This document shows positions 26,471-36,136 of a DNA stretch of 43,379 nucleotides, in pieces. The translations under genes and the position numbers were made by a program. The first letter of the stretch is position 1. Every line of letters begins with the position of its first letter. The notes beneath the pieces were generated by a model. The model made no database searches. It was not told the DNA's origin and saw only the letters and a program-made list of their open reading frames with translations. This stretch comes from a virus (Duplodnaviria > Caudoviricetes), in the IMG/VR virus record IMGVR_UViG_3300026512_000025, positions 1 through 43,379 of that record. One strand, written 5' to 3'.

Positions 26471-29400
26471 GCTATTTTCTCCTCTATATCAAGTAGAGTT
26501 AGCAGCTGGTCTTCACTTAATTTTCTACTCTCTCTACCATCTTCTGCTTGTTGCAATACAATAGCTGTTAAGTCTTTTATCGCACTAACTAACTCTTTAG
26601 TCTGAAGCGGGTCGCTAGAGTCTTTGAGCGGTATCACTGCTTCGTTATACCCTGCTTCACCGATTAAACTGAGTGTTGGTGAAGTAACGATTCCACCTTC
26701 TGCAAATGCAGCAATTACATTAGTTCCTAAATATTCGTTAGCACCTTGATGAATAGCATTGTCTAACTGATTTATACGAACTCTTCCTGATTGTATTTGA
26801 CTTACCCAATAGTTATATCCGCTATCGTCTGTTTGATACTGCTCTAAACCGTATCTTTGATAAATACCATGTATCAATGCCAATAAATCATCTGTATCTT
26901 GCGTTGATGAGTGAAGTGTTAAATAGTCAATTGCATAATGCTTACTTTCATTTATACTATTTTGACTAACTGTAGAATTTGAACTGTCATAATAAATAGC
27001 ACCTTTAGCGACACTATCGTATAAATCACTCGATGATATTGCATTGTTTTCTAACTGACTTACCCAATAATCTAACCCACTTGCATCAGGACCTCTACCT
27101 AAAACATCGAAATACGCATTACTTACATCACTTTGGAGTGCTAATCTATGGTCTCGTGTAGGTGTAGGTGTAGGTGTAGGTGTAGGTGTAGGTGTAGGTG
27201 TTGGCTCAGAGACTGGTGTTGGCTCAGAGACTGGTGTTGCAACTGGTGTTGATGTATCTTTAATGTTATGTTTAGCAATATAATCATCTGCTGCACTATG
27301 TATAGCTACTTCTGCTTTAGCTAAAGAAGTCCTGCCACTTTGAATTTCATTAGCCCAATAAGTATATCCACTATCATCTGTTTGATATTGGTCTAATCCA
27401 TATTTTTCATAAATACCTTTAATTAAAGCAGCAACATCACTATCATCTTTGCTATTTCCATTATTAGCAAGATAATTAATCGCATTATTTTTACTTTCTC
27501 TTATTTCATCCTGAGTCAAGTCACTATCTTTACCGTCACCGCTATATGCAATAGCACTCTTTGCTATTGCATCTGGTAAATCATCTTGTGTTATGTTTCC
27601 ATTATCTAACTGTTCGCTCCAATACGCAGCGCCACTATTATCAGGTAGTCTCCCTAATACATTTTGATATGCTAATGTAACTTCATCAGAAGTTGTTAAA
27701 TACGTACTTTCATTTAACTTCATCATTAATTCAGTTAAAATATTATTAGTTCCCTCAATCTGCTCTTTAGTATTAGCTTCAATTTCTCGTAAATAATCTA
27801 TTTGAGTATTTGTATCAATATCTAGAGCTTCAAATTTACGCAATGTCACTGATTGAGCAAAAAGTTGGTCTCGTTTTGTTTCAAAGTTATTAGTATCATA
27901 TAACGCAGCAGAAGCTTTAATCGCAGAGTTAATAGTGTCTTTATACGCATCAGCATCATCAGTGTCTGTAATTGCTTCCATGTAGCGATAAAACTGCTCT
28001 AAACTATACCCTGCTCCTGATGTAGCACCGTTTAATTTATCAATAGCTGTTTCTAACAATTTTGCAACATCAACAAATGATTTAATATTTTTTGTAATAC
28101 TGTTTAAATATTCAGTTAAACCACTTTCTATAAGTGCTTTATTCGCATCTAAAAGTTTTAACTCAGCATCTGTTAATCCGTCTGTATCATTGACTAATTG
28201 AGCAAACAAGTTTATCAACTCTTGCATATTATCAGCTAATTTAACGCCTTGTTGTGCAGCAAGTGCTTGTGCTTTTCCCTGTTCAGTTCTAAACTCATCT
28301 AAAAAGGATTGTACGTTATTATATGATGCTTTAATAAGTTCTTTGTTTGCATTTAAAAAGTCAAGCTCACTATCTGTTAACCCGTCTATTCCACATTTTA
28401 AAGTTTCAAAGAGGCTTATTAAACCCTCGTTACTTGTAGCAATAGTTACACCAAGTTTTTGAGCCATGTCTTGTGTGAGTTGTTCATCTGTTTTAAAGAT
28501 ATCTTCAAATGATTTAATGTTTTCTCTTGACGCGACCATTACTTCTGAAACTGCCTTGATGCTGTCTATGTAATCAAGCGCATCTCTAGCACCGTTTTCA
28601 AAAACATTCCCAGTAACTTCTCCAAACTCTGCTAATAATGCAGTTTGTGCTTCAATATCAGCAGGGTCTTTACTAAGCAGCAGGTTAAATCTATCATCAG
28701 TTAAAAAATCATTAGTAGATTGTATTGAATCTACTAAGCCACTTAAGTAATCTGGTAATGTGTTATCTCCTCGCAACTCATTAACTTTATCAAAAGATTT
28801 TCTTAACTCTATATCTGCATAATGTGTGCTATCTGTAAGTTCATCATACGAGTCTTTAAAATCATCCGCAGCGTCAGATAGATTATTCATAGTGTCTATT
28901 GAAGACAACGCCCAATCATTAATTTTACCTTGCAACTCACTTACCATTTTGTCAAGCCATGCTAATTGGTCTGACTGGTCGCCCTCATTTCCTACTGCAT
29001 TTTGTCCAAGAGTACCTGCATAGGCTTTGCTATTAATAAGATTAGTCAGAACATCAAGTAATCTATCATCTTCTGTAAGAGAGTTTGTATCAAGTTGTAT
29101 TTCGTTCCCGTAATGGAGAGTCGGCTCTCTTGAATCATCATATCCACCATAACCATCCCATACATTGCTAGTATAATAATCACCAACTCTATCAAAAACA
29201 TTAAAACCTAATGAATTTTCCCACGCATCAATATTATCCCAGTCTTCTCTGTCTAAATAAGATCTCTGCGGAGATAAAAGTGAGCCTGAGAATATATCCT
29301 GTTTCCATAGTGCATAATCTCTTTCAAAACTTAATGAGGCAGAGTTTGTTTGTAATGCAGCCGAACTACCTTGACGATTAATCGCATCAAGTAATGATAT

Positions 29401-32400
29401 CTGCTGATCTAGTCTGTTTGTAATCGGTGCGTAAGACAACTCAATATCAGCTTTGTTTTGTTTGATTTGTGACTGATATCCTGCTTCTCCGCCACCTGAA
29501 CCACCGCCACCTGAACCACCGAGTGAAGCTAAAGTTCCAATGATAGGCGCAACTTCCCCTGCAACTAATGCACCTAAAGCTATCCCGACTGGTGCTGGTG
29601 GTGTTGCCATTGCATTTGTAATTGCTGTATAGGCATTTATAATACCTAGTGTGGCTTGAATAACAGCAAAGGCTTTTGCACCTTTACTACCTTCTTCAAA
29701 CATATTCCCCATAGCACCTGCTAAACTTGAATATCCTGCTATTTCGGCACTAAGGGTAGCTTGTTTATTAGCAGCTATTTCTTGTGCTTGTTTATTACCT
29801 AAATTAGTAACTTCATTTTGTTCTTCTATGGTAAGTATTTTTTTCTTACCATATTTCTCAAACTCTTTAGTATATTTCTTATCTATTTTTGCTTCGTTTT
29901 TCTTACCTTTAAGAGAAGCAACATATACTTGGTTAATAGTTTTAGATACGTTAGCTATTTTACCTGCTACACCCTCTAAATTATTACCCCAATCCATAGC
30001 ACTTTCTGCTAATTCAATTTGGTAATCAATCATAGATGTATAGCTATCAGACATTAAGTCCTTATATTCTTTCTCTTCAGCAAGGCGATTAGCTCTAATC
30101 GCTTGTTTAGCTTCTTCAAGCCTAACAAGGTCAGCTTGTTTATCTTTTTCACTCTCCTCAATAGCTAAGATTTCTTCCATCTTTTCTTTTTCTAATTCTA
30201 AACTATCAGACTTAGCTAAATCAGGAGTATCTAATTTAGTGTATTTAAGTTCTATTTCTCGTTTTTTAGCTTCAGCAGCAAGTTGTAGTTTTTTATCTTC
30301 TCTCTTTTCAAAATCTGCTATTTCTTTATCATTTAAATTACTAAGCTCTTGTTGATACCATTTATCTATGAGTAATAAATTCTCTTTATTACCCTTAGCT
30401 AATTTACTAAAGTTTTCATATTTTGCAACAAGTGCGTCATACTCAGGTGATTTAGTTTCACTTTTAGTTATTAAAGTCTCTAGTTTTTTATGTAGATTTA
30501 TCTGCTCATGTTTTAGTCTATTTAATTCTGATTGGATTTTAATCTGAAGTTGTAATTTCTTAATTACATCATCTGTTTTTAGATTCTCTTTACTTGTGAT
30601 ATTTTCAAGTTCTTTTCTGAGCGTTGCTAATTTATTCTCAGGGATATCATCTTTAAGTAATTTTAATTGTAGTCGCAGTTTCTTGATTCGTTCGATTGTT
30701 TTAGCACTAATTATTTCGTTACCATCTGTACCAAAAAACTTCTTATCATTAAGTTTTTTGTAGGCTTTTGTTAATTCCTCAATATGTCTTCTTGATTTTT
30801 TTAACTTGTTATTATACGCATCTATATGCTTATTGTATTCTTCAAGTTTTTCTTTAGCTTTATCTGCTTGTGCAGTACCAGAAACAAAAGAGCTTTCTAA
30901 ATATGTTTTATTGGCTTTTTCAAAAGTATCTTTAAGTTTAATATATTGTTCTAATCTCTCTTTAGATAATTTTTTTATTTTATTCTCTACATCAATCTGC
31001 TTCTTCAAACCTTCTATTGTATCTGCTGGTTTAAATGTACTTTCTATGTCTCTTTTCTCACCTAATAACTTATTTAAATCGGCAAGTGCTATGTTATAAG
31101 CTTCTGTACCTTGTTTAAGGTTTTTTAGTACTTCAACTTGTCGTTGAATTTCATCTCTGTTTGTAAAAAAGTTTGCCATTTTAGTAGCAAAAGTAGACGC
31201 AGCTTTATCAATAGATGCAATAGTAGAGTTCCACATACCTTCTATAGATAATGCTTGAATGCGTGATTGTGCCTCTAACATATCACCTGATTTTTTAAGG
31301 TTCTCTAAATGTTCTTTTAAAGAGTCTGATGTAAGTCTTAAACTGTCTAGTAACTGCTTAGTTAAAATAGGCAAACCAGAAACAGCTGATTCGTATGCTT
31401 CATCTGACATTTTAGAAACATTCTCAGCCAATCTAATAAGCTCTTTATTACTTGTTTCTTCACCTTTTCTAAGCATACGAGCAACATGCTCTTGTGTTTG
31501 AATAACTTTGTCACCTGATTTTTTACGTACTTCATCTAAAACAGAAAAAAACTGTTTAGATGCTTTAGTTTCTTCACGTAAAAGTTTTCCAAACTTACGT
31601 ATCTGTGTACCAATGGTACTAGCATTAACACCTATATTAGAGAACGCAGCAGAGAAAGCAAGTACAGCTTCTTTAGTAAGACCTAATGCTTTTGCACCTG
31701 ATAAGGCGTAGTTTGCCATTGTGCCTAAGTCTTCAATAGATAACTTAGACGCATTTGCAGTGTAAGCAAGCTCTGAACCTAGAGTATGTACTTCTTTTGA
31801 AGCTAAGCCGAACGCTACAGTAAATGTAGATACTACTTTAGCTGAGTCATCAAGTGTATCACCTGTTATTCTAGCTAACTGGGTAGTTACTTTAGTTGCT
31901 TCTGCTAAGTTGCTATAACTAACACCTGCACGACCTAAAGTTAATGATGCTTTTTGTATCTCTTCAACCACAGCACCATAGGATATCGCAATATCATAGT
32001 TAGCAGAAGCGAGTTTAGCTGCTTCCTCATTATTTAAATCTAGAACAGCCATACTTTGATAAAGTGCGTTGTCATACTTAACAGACATAGCAATTAAGTC
32101 CGCGACACCTTGTGTAAGCAATTGTTGTGCTTTATATGCAGCAAAGTATTCAGCTGTAGTTACAAACTTATGTCCGAATGTTGTACCGTGTTCACGAGAT
32201 AGCGCACCTGATGCACTTCTAGCGAACTCTCGTTCTTTTATTTTAGCTTCTTCTTTGATTTTCTTAACATGATAAGCATATTCACGTTCAGATTGTTTAT
32301 GTCGTAACGCAGCGAGACGTTTAGCCTCGTGTTCACTTATCTTAGATTCTTCTTTTATGTTACGAGTATTATACTCATATTCACGTTTAGCTTCTTCTTT

Positions 32401-32994
32401 AATTTTCTTAACATGATAACTATACTCACGTTCAGCTTGTTTTTGTCGTAATGAGCTAAGACGTTTAGACTCTTGTTCTTCAATTTTTGAACGTTCAAGA
32501 ATAGCCTGTTTTAGTTCACTGAGTTCTTTAGCACGCTTTTTAGTAGAGAGTTTAGTAGCAGATATGGCAGTACGCTCTTTAGCGGCAAGGAGCTCTTTCT
32601 CAATACGTTTATTTTCTTGTTCTTCAATTTTTGAACGTTCAAGAATAGCCTGTTTTATTTTATGGAGTTCTTTATCACGCTCTTTAGCAGCAAACCTATT
32701 AGCAGATATAGCAGTACGCTCTTTAGCGGCAAGGATTTCTTTTTCAATACGCTTATTAGCGGCAAGTGCGTCTTTAAAGGATTGTTGTTTTAGTTTACGT
32801 TGGTACTTATCAGCATCATCTATTGATTTAAGTACTTGCTTAGCATAAGTCTTAAGCTCAGGTATAGAAAACCCTGCATCGAGTTTTCCATTTACCATGT
32901 CTAATTGCTCAACTAGACGAGCGAATTTTTTTAAATCAGTTTTTGCATTTTCTAAGTCCACTCCGACGGAGAGAATTATATCGTCATTTTCCAT
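26467..32994 (-). CDS. Tail tape measure protein (2175 aa)
   Basis: Length, TP901-type TMP core (LGRAG...ELAYTANAS...NIGVNASTIGT), FAEGGIV...LIGEAG..EAVIPL C-terminal motif, follows tail chaperones. Confidence 0.92.
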   Translation of the reverse strand: MENDDIILSVGVDLENAKTDLKKFARLVEQLDMVNGKLDAGFSIPELKTYAKQVLKSIDDADKYQRKLKQQSFKDALAANKRIEKEILAAKERTAISANRFAAKERDKELHKIKQAILERSKIEEQENKRIEKELLAAKERTAISATKLSTKKRAKELSELKQAILERSKIEEQESKRLSSLRQKQAEREYSYHVKKIKEEAKREYEYNTRNIKEESKISEHEAKRLAALRHKQSEREYAYHVKKIKEEAKIKEREFARSASGALSREHGTTFGHKFVTTAEYFAAYKAQQLLTQGVADLIAMSVKYDNALYQSMAVLDLNNEEAAKLASANYDIAISYGAVVEEIQKASLTLGRAGVSYSNLAEATKVTTQLARITGDTLDDSAKVVSTFTVAFGLASKEVHTLGSELAYTANASKLSIEDLGTMANYALSGAKALGLTKEAVLAFSAAFSNIGVNASTIGTQIRKFGKLLREETKASKQFFSVLDEVRKKSGDKVIQTQEHVARMLRKGEETSNKELIRLAENVSKMSDEAYESAVSGLPILTKQLLDSLRLTSDSLKEHLENLKKSGDMLEAQSRIQALSIEGMWNSTIASIDKAASTFATKMANFFTNRDEIQRQVEVLKNLKQGTEAYNIALADLNKLLGEKRDIESTFKPADTIEGLKKQIDVENKIKKLSKERLEQYIKLKDTFEKANKTYLESSFVSGTAQADKAKEKLEEYNKHIDAYNNKLKKSRRHIEELTKAYKKLNDKKFFGTDGNEIISAKTIERIKKLRLQLKLLKDDIPENKLATLRKELENITSKENLKTDDVIKKLQLQIKIQSELNRLKHEQINLHKKLETLITKSETKSPEYDALVAKYENFSKLAKGNKENLLLIDKWYQQELSNLNDKEIADFEKREDKKLQLAAEAKKREIELKYTKLDTPDLAKSDSLELEKEKMEEILAIEESEKDKQADLVRLEEAKQAIRANRLAEEKEYKDLMSDSYTSMIDYQIELAESAMDWGNNLEGVAGKIANVSKTINQVYVASLKGKKNEAKIDKKYTKEFEKYGKKKILTIEEQNEVTNLGNKQAQEIAANKQATLSAEIAGYSSLAGAMGNMFEEGSKGAKAFAVIQATLGIINAYTAITNAMATPPAPVGIALGALVAGEVAPIIGTLASLGGSGGGGSGGGEAGYQSQIKQNKADIELSYAPITNRLDQQISLLDAINRQGSSAALQTNSASLSFERDYALWKQDIFSGSLLSPQRSYLDREDWDNIDAWENSLGFNVFDRVGDYYTSNVWDGYGGYDDSREPTLHYGNEIQLDTNSLTEDDRLLDVLTNLINSKAYAGTLGQNAVGNEGDQSDQLAWLDKMVSELQGKINDWALSSIDTMNNLSDAADDFKDSYDELTDSTHYADIELRKSFDKVNELRGDNTLPDYLSGLVDSIQSTNDFLTDDRFNLLLSKDPADIEAQTALLAEFGEVTGNVFENGARDALDYIDSIKAVSEVMVASRENIKSFEDIFKTDEQLTQDMAQKLGVTIATSNEGLISLFETLKCGIDGLTDSELDFLNANKELIKASYNNVQSFLDEFRTEQGKAQALAAQQGVKLADNMQELINLFAQLVNDTDGLTDAELKLLDANKALIESGLTEYLNSITKNIKSFVDVAKLLETAIDKLNGATSGAGYSLEQFYRYMEAITDTDDADAYKDTINSAIKASAALYDTNNFETKRDQLFAQSVTLRKFEALDIDTNTQIDYLREIEANTKEQIEGTNNILTELMMKLNESTYLTTSDEVTLAYQNVLGRLPDNSGAAYWSEQLDNGNITQDDLPDAIAKSAIAYSGDGKDSDLTQDEIRESKNNAINYLANNGNSKDDSDVAALIKGIYEKYGLDQYQTDDSGYTYWANEIQSGRTSLAKAEVAIHSAADDYIAKHNIKDTSTPVATPVSEPTPVSEPTPTPTPTPTPTPTPTRDHRLALQSDVSNAYFDVLGRGPDASGLDYWVSQLENNAISSSDLYDSVAKGAIYYDSSNSTVSQNSINESKHYAIDYLTLHSSTQDTDDLLALIHGIYQRYGLEQYQTDDSGYNYWVSQIQSGRVRINQLDNAIHQGANEYLGTNVIAAFAEGGIVTSPTLSLIGEAGYNEAVIPLKDSSDPLQTKELVSAIKDLTAIVLQQAEDGRESRKLSEDQLLTLLDIEEKIA
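27156..27239 (-). repeat. (GTGTAG)~7.7 plus 18-bp x2 tandem repeats encoding a Pro-Thr linker
   Basis: Seen directly, encodes TPVSEPTPVSEPTPTPTPTPTPTPTPT. Confidence 0.9.
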
Positions 32995-33046
32995 CTTTGT
33001 GGTCTCCTAATACAATATTTAAGAAACATTATATCAGAAAATTGAC

Positions 33047-33696
33047 TTACTTTGCAATAGCTAAAGTTGAGAATATAGACTTAACTGAGTTTTCATTTAA
33101 AAACTCTTCGGTTTCTTGTTTTTCAGGTTTATAGGCTGTTAATAAGTAATCATTTATAGTACTATTTTTAGTACCCATAGAGATAGCTTTTAATTGTGCC
33201 ATTAAAGCCAGTTGAACTTCTATCGAATTGTGAGGTTCTATTTGAAAATAGGCACCCCACTCATTTATTTCAGCAGTACTGAAAGTAAACTCAATTTCTC
33301 TAACACTTTTATTTAAAGTCCTTGCAACCCTAAATAAAAGCAGTCTATCGGTGTTAAACTCACCGTTTTCGGTTAGTTTCCCTCGTTACTTAACTCATCA
33401 ATTGCATCAGATATCTCACTAATAGCGTTTCCAGCTTTAACAGACAACCCTTGTAACTCTTCTACAGTCATTTTAGGTTCAATCATAGCCTCTGCAACTT
33501 TTTCAAGTTTAACTTTAACGATTTCCCCTGTGTTTAATACAGGTTTACCTTCAGCATCTAAGTTAGAGAATAATCTACCGTAGTAATCATTAGACTTACC
33601 AACACTTAGCTCTTGAATTGTAACTTTAGCATCGTTTAATGCTTTAACTTTAATCTCTTTTGTTTTAAGAGTATATTTTAAGAATGGATTTGCCAT
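33047..33696 (-). CDS. Tail assembly chaperone G-T fusion via -1 frameshift at G_GGA_AAC (33376-33382)
   Basis: Slippery heptamer immediately before the G stop. The -1 frame is open to TAA at 33047 (LLLFRVARTLNKSVREI...EWGAYF). Confidence 0.85.
33373..33696 (-). CDS. Tail assembly chaperone (gpG-like)
   Basis: Between tail tube and TMP, ends in EGN*. Confidence 0.85.
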   Translation of the reverse strand: MANPFLKYTLKTKEIKVKALNDAKVTIQELSVGKSNDYYGRLFSNLDAEGKPVLNTGEIVKVKLEKVAEAMIEPKMTVEELQGLSVKAGNAISEISDAIDELSNEGN

Positions 33697-33700
33697 TATG

Positions 33701-33825
33701 TTTTCCTTTTAATTACGAATTTTATTTGAGTTGTTACACTCTAGAAAGTGTTAGTCAAAAAGGAAAAATTCGTAAAATCAATCGACTAACACTTTCTAAA
33801 GTGTAACACCCCTAAGGGATGTTAC
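33701..33825 (-). ncRNA. Candidate cis-regulatory RNA: 25-bp stem whose loop is complementary to the downstream SD region
   Basis: Stem 33732-56/33784-808. Loop 33758-75 complements 33701-10 and 33713-23. Confidence 0.6.
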
Positions 33826-34313
33826 TACGCTTTTGCTATTTCGCTAATAGCTGAAGCAATTTCAACAGTAGATGTAATCATCACTGCATTATCTTTTTGA
33901 ATCGCAATATCCTGATTAGATACACCAGCTTCAAAAGTGAATGATGTTGGATTTGTATTATCATCGTCATTATAAACACCATCGTTTAATACAACAATTG
34001 CAATACGATTTGTGTTTTCAGCAAACATTTTCTTTAGTTCAGCTTGCCCCGCTGCATCTGCACTGTCAAATAGCATACCAACAGTAAAGTTACCATAATT
34101 TACAGAACCGAACGCTTTAGATACATCATCCGTATCTAAACAAGAATAATTTTGAACATTACGACTTACACCGAGTGAACCTAAATCTTGAATACATCCA
34201 ACTTCTCTGGCATCAGCACTACCAATTGCAGTATTTACATCATCAGCAGTTGCAACAGCTGTTCCTAGTGGTACGAAGAATAACTTTGTACCTTGTGAAT
34301 TTGTTAAAGCCAT
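33825..34313 (-). CDS. Major tail tube protein
   Basis: SQGTKLF N-terminus, size and position typical of siphovirus tube proteins. Confidence 0.85.
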   Translation of the reverse strand: MALTNSQGTKLFFVPLGTAVATADDVNTAIGSADAREVGCIQDLGSLGVSRNVQNYSCLDTDDVSKAFGSVNYGNFTVGMLFDSADAAGQAELKKMFAENTNRIAIVVLNDGVYNDDDNTNPTSFTFEAGVSNQDIAIQKDNAVMITSTVEIASAISEIAKA

Positions 34314-34375
34314 ATTAGACTCCTATGTTTTATTAATCTTTAGCTAAAGATTTACTGTAAGTATAACATAATTAC

Positions 34376-34753
34376 CTAATGTTTAAAAACTAAGTTTAAA
34401 TCAAGATAATTAAAGTCGCCAACTGTTGTTTTAAGTATTGATGAGTTATCTACGTCAATAGATGTTAATATTAAATCACTTATCTGATTCTCTCCTAGCA
34501 TTTCTCTAAGTTTATCATACATATCTGCTAACAATAACTCATTATTAGCATATAAAATACAGTCAACTACAACTTCTTCATTGTAGATACCGTTATTTGA
34601 TATTGACTTAGGAGTTGCAGTTGATTGGTTGAATTTAAAGAATATCCAACTATCTAATCCATTAATATCTAAGTCATGACCACTCCAGTGAATAGGTGTT
34701 GTAGTCCACATATCATTAAAAAATGTACTAAACTCTATTTTGTACTGCTTCAT
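34376..34753 (-). CDS. Putative tail terminator
   Basis: Position directly upstream of tail tube, size. Confidence 0.55.
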   Translation of the reverse strand: MKQYKIEFSTFFNDMWTTTPIHWSGHDLDINGLDSWIFFKFNQSTATPKSISNNGIYNEEVVVDCILYANNELLLADMYDKLREMLGENQISDLILTSIDVDNSSILKTTVGDFNYLDLNLVFKH

Positions 34754-35133
34754 AATTCGCCTTTTATTATAGTTTTAAGTTTTCTACGCTGTGTTTTAAC
34801 AAAATCAGTCCATTGTTTCTTAGTGAGTTGAGGTGAATGATAAGGCTCACCTTTTAAATATTTAACATAGTGTTGTTTTGAGTTATTAAGAGCATCATTA
34901 CGATAGACATACCTCAATTTACCTTTACTCGGTTTATATTTACGCCACTGTGACACTGAGTGTTCATAATTCTGGTCTGGTCTTCTATTGTAATCGTAAG
35001 CCCAGATACCACCCTTTTTAGCAGGGTGTGATAGTTGTTTCATCAATTGTCTATTAAACTTGTCCAATCTAGATGATAAGCGTTTAGTCAATTTATCAAC
35101 TATCTTACCTGAGTTTACGGTTACCTGTCCCAT
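34750..35133 (-). CDS. Putative tail completion / neck protein (basic)
   Basis: Position in head-tail joining cluster. Confidence 0.5.
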   Translation of the reverse strand: MGQVTVNSGKIVDKLTKRLSSRLDKFNRQLMKQLSHPAKKGGIWAYDYNRRPDQNYEHSVSQWRKYKPSKGKLRYVYRNDALNNSKQHYVKYLKGEPYHSPQLTKKQWTDFVKTQRRKLKTIIKGEL

Positions 35134-35450
35134 TAGATATAAATATCCATCACAACAACTTTATTTTGCAACTTAATAGGTTCTATAGCTATAATTGCAT
35201 TCCCGTCTAACTTAAAATCAGTTGTTATCCTTGCATCGTAGGGTATTTTTACAATCTTACTAACAGACTTGTCATCGTTAAATGACGGTTTACGATATAC
35301 ACCTTTTGTGGCAATGTATACTGTATTTGTATCATAACTATCTGTTACAGGGTCATATGTACCACTCTCTTCATCTAAACTAAAAACAACATCATTACCA
35401 TATTTTGTAATTAAAGTTAAGGCTGTGGCACTAAGTTTATCTGCTAACAT
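35133..35450 (-). CDS. Putative head closure protein
   Basis: A..LI.KYG..V and YDP.T motifs, position. Confidence 0.6.
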   Translation of the reverse strand: MLADKLSATALTLITKYGNDVVFSLDEESGTYDPVTDSYDTNTVYIATKGVYRKPSFNDDKSVSKIVKIPYDARITTDFKLDGNAIIAIEPIKLQNKVVVMDIYI

Positions 35451-35890
35451 TATGATTTACCTAAAGTTGTTTGACATGATGAGAATTTAGCACCGTATTT
35501 ACTTAAACAGTTTTTAATCTCTAAGTTATAAATTGACGGTTTATTTAGATTAGAGCGATATTGCTTATAGTTAATCTCAACATCACCGACTTTTTCTTTA
35601 GTTACAAGTCCGTTATTTCTATCTAAAGTAATTGAAATTTCATTAATAACATCATTGAATGCCATAATCGCATTACTTTCTGCTAAACATTCAGATGTTG
35701 CAGGGAGTAATGACTGGTCAATAGTATTTAGAATAGTGTTGCAGTGGAGTCGTAAGTAAACCTCTTTTTCCTCATCTGTTAATACAGCCCACTTAGAGGC
35801 AAGAGGGTAGCGAGATGTAATGAGCGTATTAGCGTCATCTAATCCAATAAAGGTGTCATAGTCTGTTGTAGGGTACACTGTTAATGCCAT
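35450..35890 (-). CDS. Head-tail adaptor / connector
   Basis: MALTV...DA...W......K..L and KEKVGDVEINY motifs. Confidence 0.65.
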   Translation of the reverse strand: MALTVYPTTDYDTFIGLDDANTLITSRYPLASKWAVLTDEEKEVYLRLHCNTILNTIDQSLLPATSECLAESNAIMAFNDVINEISITLDRNNGLVTKEKVGDVEINYKQYRSNLNKPSIYNLEIKNCLSKYGAKFSSCQTTLGKS

Positions 35891-35932
35891 AGTTAAGTCC
35901 TTAATATAAACATAAAATCAAAAGCACTAGGA

Positions 35933-36127
35933 TTACTCCTTAGTGCTTTTTGTTCTACGTTTCTTAGGTGCTGTTAGAGGTCTAACCTCAACACCCACAG
36001 CTTCATAATTAGCTTTAATCTCTGCATCATCAGTGTAAACTAATGTAGCACCTCTTATCGCATTTTTAAAGACAGAGTTACATCTAACCCCGTCTTTTAC
36101 ATCCTTATCACCATAAACATAAATCAT
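35933..36127 (-). CDS. Small hypothetical protein after capsid gene
   Basis: ORF in late operon, basic C-terminal tail. Confidence 0.65.
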   Translation of the reverse strand: MIYVYGDKDVKDGVRCNSVFKNAIRGATLVYTDDAEIKANYEAVGVEVRPLTAPKKRRTKSTKE

Positions 36128-36136
36128 AGCAAGCTA

